Below are positions 15,719 to 23,162 of a DNA stretch of 23,162 nucleotides, piece by piece. Position 1 is the stretch's first letter. Each line of letters begins with the position of its first letter. The notes under the pieces are model-generated. The model did not search any database, was not told where the DNA came from, and worked only from the letters and a program-made list of their open reading frames with translations. Source of the stretch: Bdellovibrionota bacterium (GTDB lineage Bacteria > Bdellovibrionota_C > UBA2361 > OMII01); the NCBI GenBank assembly GCA_044356215.1, contig JBIKWQ010000056.1, forward strand, positions 1 to 23,162, read 5' to 3'. The position numbers and the translations under genes were made by a program.

Positions 15719-18352
15719 TTAACTTCCTGATACTATCCCTTGTAGCGTAGATAGGAAAGCAGGAGCGCGATCTGCCCAGCTATGACGGGCTGATATCGCG
15801 TGTTGAACCACTGAGCAGTAGGCCTTAGGGTCATCGCAGACGCTAAGCGCCCATTTTGTAGTGTTAGCGAATGCGGTAGGTGAGTAGTCGTCGCATAGAA
15901 AGCCTGTTCCTAGTCCCGTTTCAGGATTAAAGTTATCAATCGTCGCACTGATCCCGCCAACATTACGACCAACAACCGGAGTGCCAACAGCTAAAGCCTC
16001 AAGCTGAGTGATTCCACCCGGCTCAAACCTTGATGGCATAAGAAAAAGTGAGCTTGAGGCGATTATTTTAAGCGCCGTCTCATGTGAGATATAGTCAAAC
16101 ATCGCCGCTATCCGACCCGGATAACGACTCGATAGGTATCTTACTGTGTCACGGAGAGACTCGGCCGAGCGATCGCCTTGAGTGACTGGACCAGCGATGA
16201 TGATCTGTGTGTCGGGGCGAGTTGTTAGCAGCTCCTCTAGGGTGGACCGCCACGTCCCCTCGACCGTTCCTGATAGAAGATCTAACCCTTTCTGTTCAGC
16301 TAATCTTCCAACAAAGCTTAGTAGTCGGAGATTCGAGTTTACTTTCAGGCCAAACTCGCGCTGCATATTTACCAGCATCTCTCGTTTAGCGCTTAAAAGA
16401 TTTAGCGGATTAGCTAGCTGCTTGGCGGTATAGCCCGTCTTTTCAGAGAGGAATCGATCTATCTCCATACGGCTAATTCCATTGCTTAAACCGTAAACAG
16501 AGCTTTTGCGATTAGCGAGCACTAGCTCGAGGCCATCACCCCCACCAGGGGTAGTTAAACTCTCGGCATAAGGGGCGCTCACTGTTATTACACCGCCGCC
16601 AGCATGACGAGAGGCGGCCATAGTTAGATTGAGTAGATCGTTGCTATGCGGATCTTTAAAACCAAAGAAGTGCTCTGGCGCTAATCCAAACATCGGCCAG
16701 AGGTCCTCGTCGCCAAAATGAAGTGGGAGTCTTCCGTGGTAATCGGCGCCGCCGTTATGAATCATGTGAGTAATTTTAGCTGAGCGTAGGCGAGTTATAC
16801 TTTGGTAGCGCGGATCGAGAGCGTGAAGAGCTGGTATCGGCGCTGTGATCCAATCATTTGAGATTAAAACGCCCGGGTTGATATCGAGGCTCTCATTAGC
16901 GATAGCCTCTAGGCAGGCTCGTGAGAAAACCAGGGAGCGTCTTAACTGCTCATCGGCGTAAACCGGTTGATACAGCTTGTCAAAGCAGGATGAGTTGGCG
17001 ATTAAGACCAAACGCAAGGGGCCGTTCTCGGCGATGTAGACCTTACACGGGACGCTAGTTGGTGGTCGTTTGTGGTTTCCTGTGCCAGTAAAGTGTGTTG
17101 GTCCAATGCGAGCCGACACCGTTGTGACATAGTGAGGCTTAACTAATACCCCACCAAGATTAATCCCGTGGTTCAATACCTCTTCGGCAGATCTGTGTTT
17201 GTTGCCGTTAGCATGCCGGTAGAGAGGGGCGATAATCGTTACCGGCATACCAAGCGCGGTCAATTCAGGAGGAAGTCCCGTGATCACATGGGCTAGTCCA
17301 CCCGCGGCCGCGTGAGGACCCTCTGGCGTGGCGAAAACAACCTCAAGCTCGCGCGCTCTATTCGAGACATTTGAAACCGCTGAATATCGTTTCTGATAGT
17401 AACTGTGATTTAACTCCGGATCATCTTGAGAGATCTTAAATTTCAGATCATCGATGCTTGGCCGACCGAGCCAGAGACGCTCTGCTGATGAGTTAATGGT
17501 AACGTAAAACGACGCGCCGTAGCTGCCATGAATCGGGGCGTGTAGAGTAGCGGATAGATCAATGTGGGTTACATCTGAGTTTTCACCCTTTGATTCAGCG
17601 TTGATTAGTAGCTCATCTTGCCACGGGTCTGATAACTCTTCGTAGCTCCCCCAGTGAGTGTAGATCTGAATCGAGATGCTATCTGGCAGATTAAGTGGCT
17701 CGGCTTTGAATGATATTTCAACACTGTTGCCTGAGATTGAGGCTCTCGAGGCATAGCTCTCAGTTAGCGCGGTAGTAATTTCCGCGATTAACTTTGGATC
17801 GCTCGTCGGTCGCGCTGGCGGAACAACTAAGGTCGGCGTGTCATCTAGATCGAATAATAAGTTGGTGCTTATTGGTTTCGAGAGGATTCTTGGCTCACGC
17901 GATCCATTAAAGCGAGCGGAGCTCGGCTGCTTGTTGGCATTTAATTGCGAGAGCTCGGTGGTTAGCTCAAAGTCTCTGGCTGTGACTCTTAACTTGGTCA
18001 CTGAGATCTGCTCTTTGCAGGCTTTGATAATGTCATTTAATCGCTCTGTAAGCTCCGGATCGTTTGTGATCTCAAGTTCCGCCAGCAATGACCGCATCAG
18101 GAGTATGTGAGTCGGAGAGCCAGCCCGAATCGAGATAGCTTTTGGGAGCCTGTGCTCACCAAGCTGCGATATAAGTAGTGAGTTTGAGGTCGGAGCGAGA
18201 TCTAAAACGGCGGTAACGGTGCCTGGGCGTTGAGTGCCAGATAAATCGGTTCCGTCCTCGCCCCGAAGACGAGCCACCAGCGTTCTATAATCCGCCTTAG
18301 GTACCTGAACTTTAAACCGCAGCCCCTGTAGGGCCGTGACATCACTATACAT
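15719..18352 (-). CDS. glgA: Glycogen/starch synthase (GT5) with long N-terminal extension
   Basis: C-terminal ~540 aa carry GGLA, NDW, IHN, TVS..YA, GRLAEQKG, MPSRFEPGGITQL, VGG. Start uncertain: ATG 18352 preferred because the track start (18457) overlaps the upstream gene. Confidence 0.82.
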   Translation of the reverse strand: MYSDVTALQGLRFKVQVPKADYRTLVARLRGEDGTDLSGTQRPGTVTAVLDLAPTSNSLLISQLGEHRLPKAISIRAGSPTHILLMRSLLAELEITNDPELTERLNDIIKACKEQISVTKLRVTARDFELTTELSQLNANKQPSSARFNGSREPRILSKPISTNLLFDLDDTPTLVVPPARPTSDPKLIAEITTALTESYASRASISGNSVEISFKAEPLNLPDSISIQIYTHWGSYEELSDPWQDELLINAESKGENSDVTHIDLSATLHAPIHGSYGASFYVTINSSAERLWLGRPSIDDLKFKISQDDPELNHSYYQKRYSAVSNVSNRARELEVVFATPEGPHAAAGGLAHVITGLPPELTALGMPVTIIAPLYRHANGNKHRSAEEVLNHGINLGGVLVKPHYVTTVSARIGPTHFTGTGNHKRPPTSVPCKVYIAENGPLRLVLIANSSCFDKLYQPVYADEQLRRSLVFSRACLEAIANESLDINPGVLISNDWITAPIPALHALDPRYQSITRLRSAKITHMIHNGGADYHGRLPLHFGDEDLWPMFGLAPEHFFGFKDPHSNDLLNLTMAASRHAGGGVITVSAPYAESLTTPGGGDGLELVLANRKSSVYGLSNGISRMEIDRFLSEKTGYTAKQLANPLNLLSAKREMLVNMQREFGLKVNSNLRLLSFVGRLAEQKGLDLLSGTVEGTWRSTLEELLTTRPDTQIIIAGPVTQGDRSAESLRDTVRYLSSRYPGRIAAMFDYISHETALKIIASSSLFLMPSRFEPGGITQLEALAVGTPVVGRNVGGISATIDNFNPETGLGTGFLCDDYSPTAFANTTKWALSVCDDPKAYCSVVQHAISARHSWADRAPAFLSTLQGIVSGS

Positions 18353-18422
18353 AGCTGATAAATGATGAGCGGGCGCGGGGAATCGATTCGGGGAAGTGGG
18401 ATCTGCATAGAAAAAGAGGTTA

Positions 18423-19850
18423 CTAGAGCAAAGACTCAAACTCGATTTTTTTATCAATGACCTCGCTATCAGCGACAGCTTGGCTGAGCCTCCCGGTGTA
18501 TATTAAGTGAGCGCGTGTGGAGTAGCCCTTAAAGTAGTCTAACTTTTCAGAGATCTCAGGTATGATTTCGGGTCCAATATAGCTTCCTGATTTACACTCT
18601 ATTATGTGCAGGACCTTATATTTGCACTGCACGAGGCAGTCAATCTGCACGCCTTTTGAATTCTTAGTTTGGTTCTGAAAAAATGGTCCGATCTGCAGAA
18701 CCTCGTTGGGGTCTATCTTTAAGAGCGGAAGGATCTCGTTAATGTGATTAACAACCGTATTTTCCAACTGAAGGCCGAATATCTGTTGCCATGGCAATTT
18801 ATGATCTGTCTTGTTGTGATCAAGTGGTAGGTTCCTCAACCGTGACCTTTTATTAAGAACATACTTGACATAAAACCTGATGAAATTATCCGATACAGCC
18901 AATGTGCTTAACTTAGATGGCTTTGTATCGCTCAGTGACCAGGTGTGATCTCTTCGCAAAAAATACGCTTCACAGAGGTTGTTAACCTGCTTGATGAGAG
19001 AGCCGTTCGATTCAATTTTAAGCTTCTTCGCCAACTCTTCTAACGTGCAACGCTTCTCGCCTATCGCGGTGATAATATCCTTATAGGTAGTTCGGGCTCT
19101 GCCAAAAATATCCGAGAATATGCGGTCAAATTCGTCAAAGAACGGACCTTCGGGTGTTAAGGCGAGCTCGGATATAGCTTGTTCGACAGAGGATGATATC
19201 CGCACCTCTTCCAGGTATCTAGGAACTCCACCAGTGATCGCCAGACATTTGGCGATCTCCTCCGCCGCGATCCGCTTATTTCCGCTTTTTAGTAAGAGGG
19301 CCGAATCTCTCAAACTTAGTTCGGTAAGCTTTAAAGCGCGGGATATTCTCCCGACGAAGCCGGTTGCGTTAAGGATATTTTCCTGGATCCAACTCGATAC
19401 TGAGCCACACAAGATAAGGCAGACGTTGCTGTTCATTGATAAGCTTGAGTCCCAAGCCTCTTTAATTAGTCCGGCAAAGTCAGGTTCGCCGATAGCCATC
19501 CATGATATCTCATCTAGGAAGATTACAGTTTTTGACTTAGTCGCTAAGTCGTTTAATTTGTGAAGAGCCTGTTTCCAATCCGCTAGTTTGACAGAGTCTA
19601 CTTTAAGATATCCGCTGAGGGTCTTTGAGAAATTAGCGAGTTGAGCGCTTTTTCCTATACCTTTCCTCGGGGCGAGCCCGATGAATTCGTAGATCTGCAC
19701 CTTCTTTCTCTTGAAGTGGCTTGAGCAGAGGTGATGAACCAAAGCGCTTTTGCCGATCCTTCTTCTGCCTTGCAGGGTTACCAGAGTCGCGCGGTCTTTC
19801 TCTAGTAGATCGCTGAGGATCTGTAGCTCTCGCTCTCTGCCTACAAACAT
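18423..19850 (-). CDS. AAA ('archaeal ATPase'-type) protein with probable wHTH and C-terminal PD-(D/E)xK-like domain
   Basis: MFVGRERE, Walker A GRRRIGKS, Walker B IFLDE, LCGS sensor, TGGVPRYL, helix-turn-helix-like TLEELAKKLK, QID...IIECK. Confidence 0.85.
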   Translation of the reverse strand: MFVGRERELQILSDLLEKDRATLVTLQGRRRIGKSALVHHLCSSHFKRKKVQIYEFIGLAPRKGIGKSAQLANFSKTLSGYLKVDSVKLADWKQALHKLNDLATKSKTVIFLDEISWMAIGEPDFAGLIKEAWDSSLSMNSNVCLILCGSVSSWIQENILNATGFVGRISRALKLTELSLRDSALLLKSGNKRIAAEEIAKCLAITGGVPRYLEEVRISSSVEQAISELALTPEGPFFDEFDRIFSDIFGRARTTYKDIITAIGEKRCTLEELAKKLKIESNGSLIKQVNNLCEAYFLRRDHTWSLSDTKPSKLSTLAVSDNFIRFYVKYVLNKRSRLRNLPLDHNKTDHKLPWQQIFGLQLENTVVNHINEILPLLKIDPNEVLQIGPFFQNQTKNSKGVQIDCLVQCKYKVLHIIECKSGSYIGPEIIPEISEKLDYFKGYSTRAHLIYTGRLSQAVADSEVIDKKIEFESLL

Positions 19851-19852
19851 AT

Positions 19853-19957
19853 GACGCCAAAAATAGATTTTAACGATTTAGCGTTGAATATAGCAATCCA
19901 ACTTATAGACGCTAAAATACAATTTTAACGATTTGGCGTCAACTAAAAAGTTGACGC
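19853..19957 (-). promoter_or_regulatory. Two palindromic direct repeats overlapping a putative sigma70 promoter, plus a 9-bp hairpin
   Basis: 19853-19885 and 19908-19940 (26/33 identical), each GACGCYAAA-N15-TTTRGCGTY; minus-strand TTGACG (19942-19937)-N17-TATTTT (19919-19914); GCGTCAACT-AAAA-AGTTGACGC at 19936-19957. Confidence 0.65.
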
Positions 19958-19971
19958 GAGCTATCTCGCCC

Positions 19972-20943
19972 CTACCAAACCATCTCAGGCCGCATCAGGT
20001 GCTGTGTAATGTAATCCCGCACACCGTCCTCTAAAGACGAGATCGGCGCTGTGTAGCCAGCGGCGCGCAGCTTTTCGATCGGCGCCTCGGTGTAATACTG
20101 ATACTGATTCCTTAAAGACTCAGGCATATCGATATACTTAATCGCTGGCTCGCGACCCATACTTAAAAAGATAGCCTTCAGTAAATCATTCCACGATCTA
20201 GCGCGACCAGAGCCTACGTTGTAGATCCCGTTTACCTGCTTGTTATCTAAGAGCCACGACATGACTTTGCAGCAGTCCTTAACGTAAACAAAATCACGCA
20301 TCTGCTCGCCATCTTTGTAATCAGGGCGGTGCGACTTAAAGAGAGAGAATGAGCCTGTTTGAGTGATCGTATTAAAAGCCTTCCAGGCGATGCTCGCCAT
20401 ATCGCCCTTAAAGTACTCATTTGGTCCGTAGACATTAAAGAACTTTAAAGCAACGATCTTACTTAAATATCCCTTTTCGCGAGCCCAGAGATCCACTGTC
20501 TGCTTTGAGTCTCCGTAGGCGTTTAAGGGCTTAAAGCGCTCAATAATCGACTCGTCATCACCGTATCCGTGCGCGCCATCGCCGTAAGTAGCTGCGCTGC
20601 TGGCGTAGAGGCAGCGGATATCTTTGCTCACGCAGTATTCGATAATACTTTTGGAGTAGTCGATATTAGTTTCGCGTAGGTAATCGAGGTTGCGCTCAGT
20701 GGTGCTTGAGCAGGCGCCTAGGTGAACGATAGCCGAGATATTTGAGGGGAGCTTGTCGGCGCGGAGTTGGGAGATGAAATCGTGGCGATTTACAAAGCTA
20801 GTTATCTTCTTATTACCGAGCAGAGCGGTTTGGTGCGGCAGATCTGAGTTATCCACCGCGAGGATATCATTAATTCCGCGTCCATTAAGTTCAGCGATAT
20901 AAGCGCTAGCAATAAAACCATAGGCGCCAGTAACAACTATCAT
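19972..20943 (-). CDS. hldD: ADP-L-glycero-D-manno-heptose 6-epimerase
   Basis: MIVVTGAYGFIAS, HLGACSSTTE, YASSAATYG, PLNAYGDSK (YxxxK), FFNVYGPNE, RDFVYVKD, YQYYTEA. Confidence 0.95.
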   Translation of the reverse strand: MIVVTGAYGFIASAYIAELNGRGINDILAVDNSDLPHQTALLGNKKITSFVNRHDFISQLRADKLPSNISAIVHLGACSSTTERNLDYLRETNIDYSKSIIEYCVSKDIRCLYASSAATYGDGAHGYGDDESIIERFKPLNAYGDSKQTVDLWAREKGYLSKIVALKFFNVYGPNEYFKGDMASIAWKAFNTITQTGSFSLFKSHRPDYKDGEQMRDFVYVKDCCKVMSWLLDNKQVNGIYNVGSGRARSWNDLLKAIFLSMGREPAIKYIDMPESLRNQYQYYTEAPIEKLRAAGYTAPISSLEDGVRDYITQHLMRPEMVW

Positions 20944-20985
20944 AGGTAGGGATCCTGAAAGGTTAAGTTAAAGATGGGGCAAAGA

Positions 20986-21017
20986 GCAATTGCTGCCGGC
21001 TTCCGACAGCGCATTGC
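20986..21017 (-). other. Intergenic hairpin downstream of the orphan gene
   Basis: Minus strand GCTGTCGG-AAG-CCGGCAGC with outer GCAAT/ATTGC; only a weak U-tract. Confidence 0.35.
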
Positions 21018-21063
21018 GTTCGCAGACAAATAGTATCAGTTTCGATGTTTGAGGGCTAGCAGG

Positions 21064-22710
21064 TCAGTGCCGCCGCCCAGGGGAGGCGAGATATTGAGTC
21101 TTCGATTCTTTCGGAGTCGCCGATCTTTGGAAAAAGTCCGCTGAGGAGAGAGGATAATTTATTTTATCCCCCACTAATGAGCGTGACTCCTCTCTCAGCG
21201 TAGACCAGTAAAGCTTAGCTGCCGTCATTAAATCTTGATCTTGTGTAAAGCCCGTATTCTTTGCAGTTTTTTTCATTTCAGCGATGACCGTATCGCGATT
21301 GAGGTCGGAGAGCCGTAGTTTGCCACTCTGAATATCGGAGCGAATCTTGTTCAAAGAAAATTTCACGATTTTGAGTCGTTCCTCATCTATAAGATCGCCC
21401 AGCAATTTATCGATAAGCTCCCGATAGTCTTTCTTTGTAACCTCAGAACTGAAAAGAGTGAAACATAATTTTTCGGGGCTTATATCTTTAATAAAACTCT
21501 GCTTCACATTTTTTTGATTACCATTAATGAAGTCTCTGAGATTGCTTATCAATCTCTGACCATCAGAGTTGTTATGAAGATGATTGATGGTCGCCCTGCT
21601 AATACTCGAATCGTTAATGATCTCTCTCATTTGATTGGGGGTATATTGAGAGGGGGATATCTTTTCTATGACTACTTCATCAGAAAATGCAACTAACTTG
21701 GAGGACGGGACATTATCGGCATTCGGGGTTAGGGGTGCATTCTCGCGAGGGGAGGGAGGAATGATCGGTTGAGGCACTTCAGGAGTGTTATCTTGTTCTG
21801 AAGGTGTTTTCAGTTCCTGCGGCTGCGATATTTCTGGTATGTCTAGATTAATCGAAGGGGGAGAAGAGCTTGGTGCAGTTTGCTCCGACTTCTTGGTTTC
21901 ACCGGCACTAGGCGGCGGACTCAGCAGACTAGGCAAAGATGGTGGACTACTTGGAACCAGAATAGATTGATTACTAGGATTGCTCGTGTTGCCTCCATTA
22001 GCTTGAGGCAGGCTAGGATTTCTATCGCTCGGACTCGGCGCAGGCGCTGGCCGAGGAGAATTGTCTCCTGCGCTACGGCTCTTTATCTCCTCACGCGAGA
22101 TCCTAAACGTTTCACTACCTATCTTTACCGTCACCTCCTTCAAAGCATTATCCATCACCTCGACATCAAGAAAATTTTTGCCATCTTTCGTGCTCTCGTC
22201 TAGCTTCAATTCCTTATCGTACTGGTGATGCTGCTCTATACCCTTAAAATTAACCGGTACATCTTTAGCTGATGCTGGGAGGTTCCTGTCGCGCTGGAAT
22301 GAATAAGTAACTTGGTTGCTGTCAGCCTGATCATTAGTCAGCTCGATAGTGGCGATGATGCGACCGTCCTGTAGCTTAGCTGAGATTTTATCACTCAATT
22401 GCACCGGCGTATTTAAGGTTGTTTTATCAAAGTTATCTCGAATCGTAATAACTTTCGGCGCAACAACCGTGCCATTTGAAGAACCATTTGAAGAAACTAT
22501 ACCCAGAATATGAGGCTGAGCAGCGGGTTGTGTAATAGTGTAACCACCTTGAATAGGCTCAACACCACCGGCGATATGCATTCTCGTTTCATTAGGGCAA
22601 ACGCAGGAGCGGCTGAAGCTTTGATTGAAGTGGTCGTGCTGGCGGTCCTGCCGGGCGTGAGCCCTTTTAGCAACGGCTTGTAACGGCCTGAATAATTTAC
22701 ATTCAACCAT
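21064..22710 (-). CDS. Hypothetical protein with central Pro/Ser-rich linker
   Basis: 548-aa ORF, AAGGAG 7 nt before ATG; Pro/Ser-rich region around aa 215-335; no family recognised. Confidence 0.7.
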   Translation of the reverse strand: MVECKLFRPLQAVAKRAHARQDRQHDHFNQSFSRSCVCPNETRMHIAGGVEPIQGGYTITQPAAQPHILGIVSSNGSSNGTVVAPKVITIRDNFDKTTLNTPVQLSDKISAKLQDGRIIATIELTNDQADSNQVTYSFQRDRNLPASAKDVPVNFKGIEQHHQYDKELKLDESTKDGKNFLDVEVMDNALKEVTVKIGSETFRISREEIKSRSAGDNSPRPAPAPSPSDRNPSLPQANGGNTSNPSNQSILVPSSPPSLPSLLSPPPSAGETKKSEQTAPSSSPPSINLDIPEISQPQELKTPSEQDNTPEVPQPIIPPSPRENAPLTPNADNVPSSKLVAFSDEVVIEKISPSQYTPNQMREIINDSSISRATINHLHNNSDGQRLISNLRDFINGNQKNVKQSFIKDISPEKLCFTLFSSEVTKKDYRELIDKLLGDLIDEERLKIVKFSLNKIRSDIQSGKLRLSDLNRDTVIAEMKKTAKNTGFTQDQDLMTAAKLYWSTLREESRSLVGDKINYPLSSADFFQRSATPKESKTQYLASPGRRH

Positions 22711-23109
22711 AACCAGTCTCCTTAACCGCTATGCGCGCTAATACTTTCTTTACCGGACCCAAGATCTCGTAGAACTTTCCTTGGCGTTCTCTCGCCTTGG
22801 TGTATAGAAGGGTTATGGGGCGTACGGGGCTCGGTGTCGCATAAATTTACGTATTTTTTCGGGTTTTCTCCGGTTCCGCTACTAATCGCTGGATAATCAG
22901 ATGGTTACTAGGATTGCGATGCCCTATCCATACTTATTGGTTAGCTTTTGAGATGGAGCTAGAATCGGGCTTAAAGGTATAGATACGACGACTAATCATG
23001 ACCTGATTTATAGCGTCTTTAATGATGAAGTGGAGGTATAGTAGGTAACGTGGGATAGTTTACATTTTTCTTACTGCGCAAAACCTCAAAAAGGTTTATC
23101 TTTCGTCGT

Positions 23110-23162
23110 ATGACGGATGGTAGATCTTTAGCTCACGAGGTTCTTGAATCACACAGACTCAC
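23110..23162 (+). mobile_element. Possible N-terminus of an IS630-family transposase (truncated by window edge)
   Basis: Open frame MTDGRSLAHEVLESHRL resembles the DGRxLxHxxLExxR start I recall from IS630-family HTH domains; only 17 codons visible. Confidence 0.35.

Noticed and set aside
18353..18457. Track start of the glgA-like ORF at 18457
   Set aside because: It overlaps the ATPase gene by 35 nt and the added residues look non-coding; ATG 18352 is more plausible.
15149..19850. Thermonuclease plus ATPase as one multi-gene defence system
   Set aside because: They are separated by the glycogen synthase gene and the thermonuclease has a signal peptide, so nothing in the sequence links them.
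590..22203. Remaining short ORFs nested in or antisense to the major genes (e.g. 5496..6005, 8157..8588, 19120..19563)
   Set aside because: Shadows of well-supported genes with no independent motif or RBS evidence.
22497..22706. 69-aa alternative-frame ORF, or a frameshifted start for the orphan gene
   Set aside because: The SD is optimally spaced for ATG 22710 and the main frame is open throughout.

Overview
Chromosomal window from an LPS-producing (Gram-negative-type) bacterium (kdsD and hldD present); the taxon cannot be fixed from the sequence. From left to right: oligoendopeptidase F (+); a minus-strand kdsD plus DevC/DevA/DevB-like ABC exporter cluster; a divergent ilvB-ilvN-ilvC-ilvD operon preceded by a Leu/Ile/Val-rich leader peptide and attenuator missing from the ORF track; two small convergent lipoprotein genes with a three-way-junction RNA-like structure between them; a 149-bp tandem array of REP-like hairpin doublets; then a minus-strand run of a Cu-type P1B ATPase, a secreted thermonuclease, a glycogen synthase with a ~335-370 aa N-terminal extension, an AAA-ATPase/PD-(D/E)xK gene with two palindromic operator-like repeats over its promoter, hldD, and a Pro-rich orphan. 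The last 53 nt may be the start of an IS630-type transposase. No CRISPR array, rRNA or tRNA was seen. I did not find a clear-cut new multi-gene system. The best leads are the extended glycogen synthase, the attenuated ilv operon with eukaryote-like IlvC/IlvD, the ATPase-nuclease operator module, and several non-coding repeat or structure families. All family calls come from motif recognition by eye, not database searches.
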